From contig JBHLRZ010000011.1 of the NCBI GenBank assembly GCA_048882045.1, positions 26,778 through 90,777 on the forward strand: a stretch of DNA of 64,000 nt, in the 5' to 3' direction. Each line of letters starts with the position of its first letter. Position 1 is the first letter of the stretch. Shown here piece after piece: positions 58,554 to 64,000 of the stretch. Source of the DNA: Candidatus Thorarchaeota archaeon. GTDB taxonomy: Archaea > Asgardarchaeota > Thorarchaeia > Thorarchaeales > Thorarchaeaceae. A program made the position numbers and the translations under genes. The notes under the pieces were generated by a model that was given only the letters and a program-made list of their open reading frames with translations, was not told where the DNA came from and searched no databases.

Positions 58554-59549
58554 GTGGGAAAAATGGACAAAGACGGATTTCGAAGGTATCTGACTGACAG
58601 AGACCAACCAATCCCTGAGGAAGAGATAATTGAAAACACCAAGATGGTGGAACGGTTTGAGGATTTTCTGAAACAGTCTGGAAAGACATTTGAAACAGCT
58701 GCAGAACCAGAGTTCCAAAAATTCGCTAAAATCCTGATTGAAGAAGGACTCAATACTTACACCAATTTTGCAGCTATATCGCGCTATGCTTTCTTCATTA
58801 AGAATATGGATCTGTTCCTACCAGTATTGGGAATATTAGATGGTTCTGAAGTGATGAACGTACTTCGGGAGAGGCTGGGAGAGCATGTTGGCGAGCAAAA
58901 ACGTGACGAGATTCTTCCTGAGAAAGACCTTCCTCCTCTAGGTATGCCCGATACCGAGAAGATGAAAGTCACTCAAGAGGTTATGAAACGGATGACCAAA
59001 ACTCTGACACCTGGTGACTGCAAGAAGGTCTTGGCCGATGTGGCACATGGTCTACCCCGTGACTTTAGAAAGGGAGAACGTGAAAAGTTTCTGAAGGCTG
59101 GTAGCATTGACGAGTATCTGAAAAAGAAACGAGAAGATGCGATTGCAGAACTGGAGAAACACAGGGACGAGGGAACACTGTTCTATAACCAATACATCAC
59201 TGATGCTGTTGTTGAGTATGTCAAGAGTCGCCCTGATGTGTTGAGCGGAGAGAGAAGAGGAAACACTATCTATCACACCAAGATCCCATACAAGGTTCAG
59301 GAGTTTCTTGAGGAGAGAGATGAGAAGATGAAGAGATATTATGCATGTCACTGCGCTTGGGCCAGAGAGTCAATTCTGAATGATGAGGTGGATGTTTCTT
59401 CCGACTTCTGTCACTGTAGTGGCGGGTTCACCAAACAGCCATGGGAGGCAGCTCTTGATCAACCACTAACATATGAAATGGTCAAATCTGCGCTCCAAGG
59501 AGATACAGAGTGTAGTTTCATCATTCATCTCCCAGAGAATGTTGAGTAG
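58554..59549 (+). CDS. Cys-rich hypothetical protein (DUF6144-like)
   Basis: YYACHC...FCHCSGGF...GDTECSF. Confidence 0.6.
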   Translation: MGKMDKDGFRRYLTDRDQPIPEEEIIENTKMVERFEDFLKQSGKTFETAAEPEFQKFAKILIEEGLNTYTNFAAISRYAFFIKNMDLFLPVLGILDGSEVMNVLRERLGEHVGEQKRDEILPEKDLPPLGMPDTEKMKVTQEVMKRMTKTLTPGDCKKVLADVAHGLPRDFRKGEREKFLKAGSIDEYLKKKREDAIAELEKHRDEGTLFYNQYITDAVVEYVKSRPDVLSGERRGNTIYHTKIPYKVQEFLEERDEKMKRYYACHCAWARESILNDEVDVSSDFCHCSGGFTKQPWEAALDQPLTYEMVKSALQGDTECSFIIHLPENVE

Positions 59550-59766
59550 ATTTTGAGTCAGCTCAATTCAGAGAAGAGAGGTGTCTTACCACTTATAAGC
59601 ATGGGTTCGTAAAGAATACTGAGCGAGAGATTAAGTAGAGATAAGATTCGGTCGTATTCTTGCATAGAGACCGATTGGACCGATATATTCTATCGATTGT
59701 CCTATTTGTACGAATTCCGAAGCGTTCTACTTTTGATCTGAAGTGAGATTGGAATGTGAATGAAAC

Positions 59767-60708
59767 TTGGTTTCAATGAAAGGAAGTCATAAGACAAACA
59801 GGAAAGAGGTTTGTACAGGTTGTGGAAATAGTCTGTTCACAAGAGATTATTCTCGTGGAGAGTACATTTGCACGACTTGTGGACTTGTTTTTTCCGGACG
59901 CACTGTTGATAGAGGTCCTGAATGGAGAGCATTCAATGCAGAAGAAAGAGATGCAAGAGCAAGAGTTGGATCTCCTGCAACCTACACAATAGCTGACAAG
60001 GGCCTATCGACGATGATAGACTGGAGAAATAAAGATGCAAGTGGTAGAGCAATCAAGAGCAACACTCGTGCTGCAATCTACAGAATGAGAAAATGGCACA
60101 TCAGAAGTAGACTTCATGGGTCACAAATTAGAAACCTAAGCGTTGCAATGAGTGAGATGGATAGAGTCTCTTCACAGTTAGGAATTCCACGTGATGTCAA
60201 AGAAACTGCAGCATTGATGTACAGAAAAGCTCTCACAAAGAAACTTGTTAGAGGGAGAAGTATTGAAGCAGTTGTTGCTGCATCGATTTACCTTGCCTGT
60301 CGAATTCACAGGATTCCAAGACGGCTCGACGAGGTTGCGGTTGAAACAAATCTAGATAGAAAACAGATAGGGCAGGCTGTTCGTTTGATTGTTACTCGAG
60401 TAAACATCAAGGTGCCACTTCCATCAGCAAAAAACCTGATACCAAGATTATCATCGGATCTTCTTCTTGAGGGAAGAACAGTGAAGAAAGCCACTGAAAT
60501 TGTAAAGCGTGCAGAGGAGAGATTCATAACAATAGGGAAAGATCCTGGAGGGATTGCAGGAGCTGCAATCTATATTGCTGGGATACTTGAAGAAGATAGA
60601 CGAACACAGAGAGAGATAGCTAGGATTTCGCGTGTCACTGAGGTCACAATTAGAAATCGCTACAAGGAACTTGTTCGGTCTCTTGAGATTGCGATCAATC
60701 CTGAGTGA
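59767..60708 (+). CDS. tfb: Transcription initiation factor IIB
   Basis: CxxC..CxxC Zn ribbon, GPEWRAF, GRSIEA, TEVTIRNRYKEL. Confidence 0.95.
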   Translation: MVSMKGSHKTNRKEVCTGCGNSLFTRDYSRGEYICTTCGLVFSGRTVDRGPEWRAFNAEERDARARVGSPATYTIADKGLSTMIDWRNKDASGRAIKSNTRAAIYRMRKWHIRSRLHGSQIRNLSVAMSEMDRVSSQLGIPRDVKETAALMYRKALTKKLVRGRSIEAVVAASIYLACRIHRIPRRLDEVAVETNLDRKQIGQAVRLIVTRVNIKVPLPSAKNLIPRLSSDLLLEGRTVKKATEIVKRAEERFITIGKDPGGIAGAAIYIAGILEEDRRTQREIARISRVTEVTIRNRYKELVRSLEIAINPE

Positions 60709-60870
60709 GTGTCAGATTCAATTCTTATCAGCTACTCAGACCCTCTGATAGTCATATTTTGAAGCCGAAATATGGAGATTTTTGATATGATTTTGGCGTA
60801 TCTGTTCAGACTCCGTTAGGATATACCTAGGGCGTTGGAGGAGAATCCTCTTTCATGGTAAGTGACAAAC

Positions 60871-61977
60871 CTAGTTGTTTTCAAAATCATCTAGCCATGT
60901 AGCTGTCTTGTCTATCTTTCTTGAGAATATTCTGTCAATATCTCTTGGATTTTTTGCTTGATGATATTTGAAAAGAAAATGATCATTCTCTATTCCGAGT
61001 ATTTCGATTTTCCCTGTTTTATGTGACATGATAAACCTGAATCTCTTTGAGATTCCATCTAGTTTTTTGCGTGTATCCCGTATAATTTCATACCCATCAA
61101 TGAGAGGCACCTGAAAATGCTTCTTTACTCGTTTTACAGGTCTGCATTGAAAAATATAGTATGGAATAACACCAATTCCAACAAGTCGCTTTTGAAGTTG
61201 AGCCATTACTTCTGAATCATCATTAACACCCTTTAGGAGGACAGTCTGATTGTTGGTGATAACTCCGGCTTTGGAAAGAAGACGGATAGCTTGAGTTGAT
61301 TCGCTAGTAATCTCTCGGGGATGATTATATTGTGTGACGAAATAGATACGTTTTCTATTTCGTGAGAACTTTTCTAGAATTTGAAGGAGATCTTGATCTT
61401 CGGTAATTCTCTGAGGGAAGGTAACAGGGACCCTCGTACCAAACCTCACGAAATCTAGATGATCAATATCTGTAAAAGCTTCAAGAAAAGCGGTAATTCT
61501 TTCATTTGGGAGTACAAGAGGGTCTCCGCCAGTAATGAGAATATTATTGACTTCTTTATGGTCCATTACATACTCCTTGGCTCGCTCAATGTCTTGCAGA
61601 GCCTCGTTTGTATCAACGCCAACAAGACGTTTTCTGAAACAATGTCTGCAATACATTGCGCACTCGTTTGTAGCCAGAATGACAACTGTTTGTTTGTACT
61701 TGTGTTGAAGTCCCTGGAATACAGTGTTTGTCTTCTCTCCACTTGTGTCATATGTACCTTCCAGATAGCTCTCATGTGCAAGAGGAACAGCAATTCTTCT
61801 GATTGGATCATTCTCATCGTTCTTTTTAATTAATGACAGATAGTAATCCGAGATTCTCATTGGGTGTTTTCTGCAAATGTCCTGTAGAACACTGATTTCA
61901 TCTTCATTCATTTGTAAGACCATAGCTAATTCATCGATTGTGGAGATACTCCCTTCTAGTTGACTTTTCCAGCTCAT
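60871..61977 (-). CDS. KamA/lysine 2,3-aminomutase-family radical SAM protein
   Basis: LQHKY, CAMYCRHCFRKR, ITGGDPL, NQTVLLKGVND. Confidence 0.92.
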   Translation of the reverse strand: MSWKSQLEGSISTIDELAMVLQMNEDEISVLQDICRKHPMRISDYYLSLIKKNDENDPIRRIAVPLAHESYLEGTYDTSGEKTNTVFQGLQHKYKQTVVILATNECAMYCRHCFRKRLVGVDTNEALQDIERAKEYVMDHKEVNNILITGGDPLVLPNERITAFLEAFTDIDHLDFVRFGTRVPVTFPQRITEDQDLLQILEKFSRNRKRIYFVTQYNHPREITSESTQAIRLLSKAGVITNNQTVLLKGVNDDSEVMAQLQKRLVGIGVIPYYIFQCRPVKRVKKHFQVPLIDGYEIIRDTRKKLDGISKRFRFIMSHKTGKIEILGIENDHFLFKYHQAKNPRDIDRIFSRKIDKTATWLDDFENN

Positions 61978-61986
61978 GAGACCGAC

Positions 61987-62349
61987 TCACCTCGCAGATT
62001 GTTTTATCCTTCTCTGGGTTTCCATCTCAGATTGAAGAGAGGTTGTATCCATTTTTCCATTCATTTGCAGAAGCGGAGGGTCACTAGTCATCCTAGCGAT
62101 GACTCCCATTTTCCGCTCTAAGTCAGGCCAGTCTACGATGTGGATTCTTCTCTCTATGAGTTCCTTTTCAAATTCCTTTTCCATTGGATTCCTCTCCCAG
62201 ATCGGTAACGGCAAAGTAGGATGACACAAGGAGTAATTTTGTTGCCGTGACGTCGGGAATCTTCTAATAATCACGCGTGTTGTCTTGTCGTAATTCTTTG
62301 GAGTTGAAGCGCGTGTGTGCTTGTGTTCCTTATTATTGTCATTATACAT
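61987..62349 (-). CDS. Hypothetical protein (start uncertain)
   Basis: ORF upstream of the KamA gene. Confidence 0.3.
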   Translation of the reverse strand: MYNDNNKEHKHTRASTPKNYDKTTRVIIRRFPTSRQQNYSLCHPTLPLPIWERNPMEKEFEKELIERRIHIVDWPDLERKMGVIARMTSDPPLLQMNGKMDTTSLQSEMETQRRIKQSAR

Positions 62350-62447
62350 TGGAAACTGTGCTTATTAACATGTTGTTCTTTTTACTTAAAAGAGCGTAAA
62401 AAGGCATAATAGATTTATTTTACATTTTTGGGGGTTTATAAGACCCT

Positions 62448-62762
62448 TTAAGTCAGGCGCTCTTCCTTAAAAGCTACCCAGCGGACACCATCCTCATCAG
62501 TCATGACAATCATCTTGAAACCCATCTCTTTTGCGTAGTTTCTGAGTGTGTGATGTGTAAGCCCCATGAACTTCACAACATCACTGAGACAGAGTGGATC
62601 TCCGGTTTCTCTATATTTTTCTAAGACTTTCTTGAAACGAGGATGATTCTTTGTTCTACCTCTACGATATCTCAATTCTTCCACTGATTTGCTTCTTATG
62701 TCTTCTAATTCCATAATATTCACAATAGAAATTTCCCTTATAAATCTGTGTCTATAATACAA
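62448..62762 (-). CDS. Small basic protein, possible HTH
   Basis: LSDVVKFMGLTHHTLRNYAKEMG. Confidence 0.5.
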   Translation of the reverse strand: MYYRHRFIREISIVNIMELEDIRSKSVEELRYRRGRTKNHPRFKKVLEKYRETGDPLCLSDVVKFMGLTHHTLRNYAKEMGFKMIVMTDEDGVRWVAFKEERLT

Positions 62763-62841
62763 AATTATTTCTTCTCTATTTATTCTCTATCATAACATTT
62801 ATTATACTTCTATTCTATCATATGATAAGGATAAGAAAATA

Positions 62842-63504
62842 ATGAAAACAAAAGATGAACAAATCAAGAAAGCCGTTGTGGACATGTTGTACTGGGACAA
62901 TCGTGTTGATGCCTCAGATATTCACGTTGAAGTCAAAGATGGGGTGGTAGCCCTAACGGGTTCTGTTCCAAGCTACGGCGTCAAGGAAGCTGCTCTTTTT
63001 GCGGCTTGGAAAGTACCAGGTGTGAAGAAAGTTGACAACAACTCATTCGTCAAATTTCCAGCCACAGCAAAGTTACTGACTGATTCACAGATCAAGGACA
63101 GTATCGAAAAACAGCTCACATGGAATGATAGTACTAGAAATGAGAACATTCAGGTGAGGGTGAAGAAGGGAGAAGTGAAGCTTGAGGGGCATGTCGATGC
63201 CTATTGGAAGACATTTCGAGCGCAACAGCTTGCTTCAGATGTAACAGGTGTGATTGACATAGAGAATAAACTGACTGTTGTTCCAACAGCAACAGTGACA
63301 GATCAGGTCATTGCTACAGAAGTGATCAATGCGATTGACCGAAGCTATGCTGTGAATGTGGATGATGTAGAAGTCAAAGTCAAGGATGGAATTGTCACGA
63401 TATCTGGGGAATTACCTCATCGTTCAGCCTATGAAGCGGCCCTAGAATGTGCATACAACACTTTTGGGGTTAAGAATGTAGAAGACCGATTGAATCTGAA
63501 ATAA
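62842..63504 (+). CDS. Triple BON-domain protein (OsmY-like)
   Basis: Three repeats of I.V.V.DG.V.L.G.V...A....GV..V.N.L. Confidence 0.9.
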   Translation: MKTKDEQIKKAVVDMLYWDNRVDASDIHVEVKDGVVALTGSVPSYGVKEAALFAAWKVPGVKKVDNNSFVKFPATAKLLTDSQIKDSIEKQLTWNDSTRNENIQVRVKKGEVKLEGHVDAYWKTFRAQQLASDVTGVIDIENKLTVVPTATVTDQVIATEVINAIDRSYAVNVDDVEVKVKDGIVTISGELPHRSAYEAALECAYNTFGVKNVEDRLNLK

Positions 63505-63680
63505 ACAAATATGAAGTGGAGGATCTCCACTTCGCAAAGTTTTCCCTTTTGATTGCTTCAATCATTCAAAGGCAATATCAGAGAATCAATAACGAGAAAA
63601 CAAAGAAGCGTTTCAAGAGTTTGCTAGCTCAGACACCCAAATCACTATAAACAAGAGTTACTTAACTATAGTGAAATGAT

Positions 63681-63923
63681 ATGAAGGTAATGTCTAAGAA
63701 GACCCGGTTGTCGTCTGACGAGGTAATTCTTCGAGCCAAGACTTTCTTTGAGAACAACCTTGGCTTGACACTCGCTGAAGAAACAGCTGGTTGTTGTGTT
63801 GAATTCAGAAGTAAACTTGGTTTTGTCATAGTACAGGCTATGGAAGAGGATAAAGAACGCGAAGTCACAGTATCAACTAGAGAATATGAGTACCAAATCC
63901 AAGAGTTTCTGAAAAAGGTCTAG
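63681..63923 (+). CDS. Hypothetical protein
   Basis: 80-aa ORF with upstream TATA-like box. Confidence 0.55.
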   Translation: MKVMSKKTRLSSDEVILRAKTFFENNLGLTLAEETAGCCVEFRSKLGFVIVQAMEEDKEREVTVSTREYEYQIQEFLKKV

Positions 63924-64000
63924 GGTTTGAATTCATTGAGATTCTGTCTGTGATTTTCATGAAACCAACTAAATCCATCAGACTAGATACTGACAGATCT

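Overview
Archaeal chromosome segment, most likely an Asgard archaeon of Thorarchaeia type. This is an inference from the Ras/Arf-like small GTPase, LRR and HEAT proteins, unsplit RpoB with split RpoA1/A2, egsA and aEF-1A. The core is housekeeping: Lhr helicase, a four-gene archaeal (AcnX/UbiD) mevalonate operon, ribosomal protein and RNA polymerase clusters, aIF5B, SRP RNA, EF-1A, TFB and several tRNAs, some with BHB introns at non-canonical positions. The most unusual structure occurs twice: a + strand tRNA gene is split into 5' and 3' pieces kilobases apart, and the DNA between them carries an intact, inverted copy of the same isoacceptor. For tRNA-Ser(GCT) the pieces are at 21498-21521 and 27309-27386, the cargo includes LRR genes headed by a repeated promoter module, and the intact copy is at 25377-25490. 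For tRNA-Asp(GTC) the pieces are at 44617-44630 and 52693-52847. Its cargo is a TnpB-like nuclease with a Fanzor-type rearranged RuvC site, whose predicted omega-RNA guide is the tRNA-Asp 5' end, a 1696-aa PD-(D/E)XK nuclease/P-loop protein, and an intact copy at 51793-51900. This suggests a tRNA-targeting, tRNA-complementing RNA-guided mobile element. All assignments were made by eye; no database searches were run.
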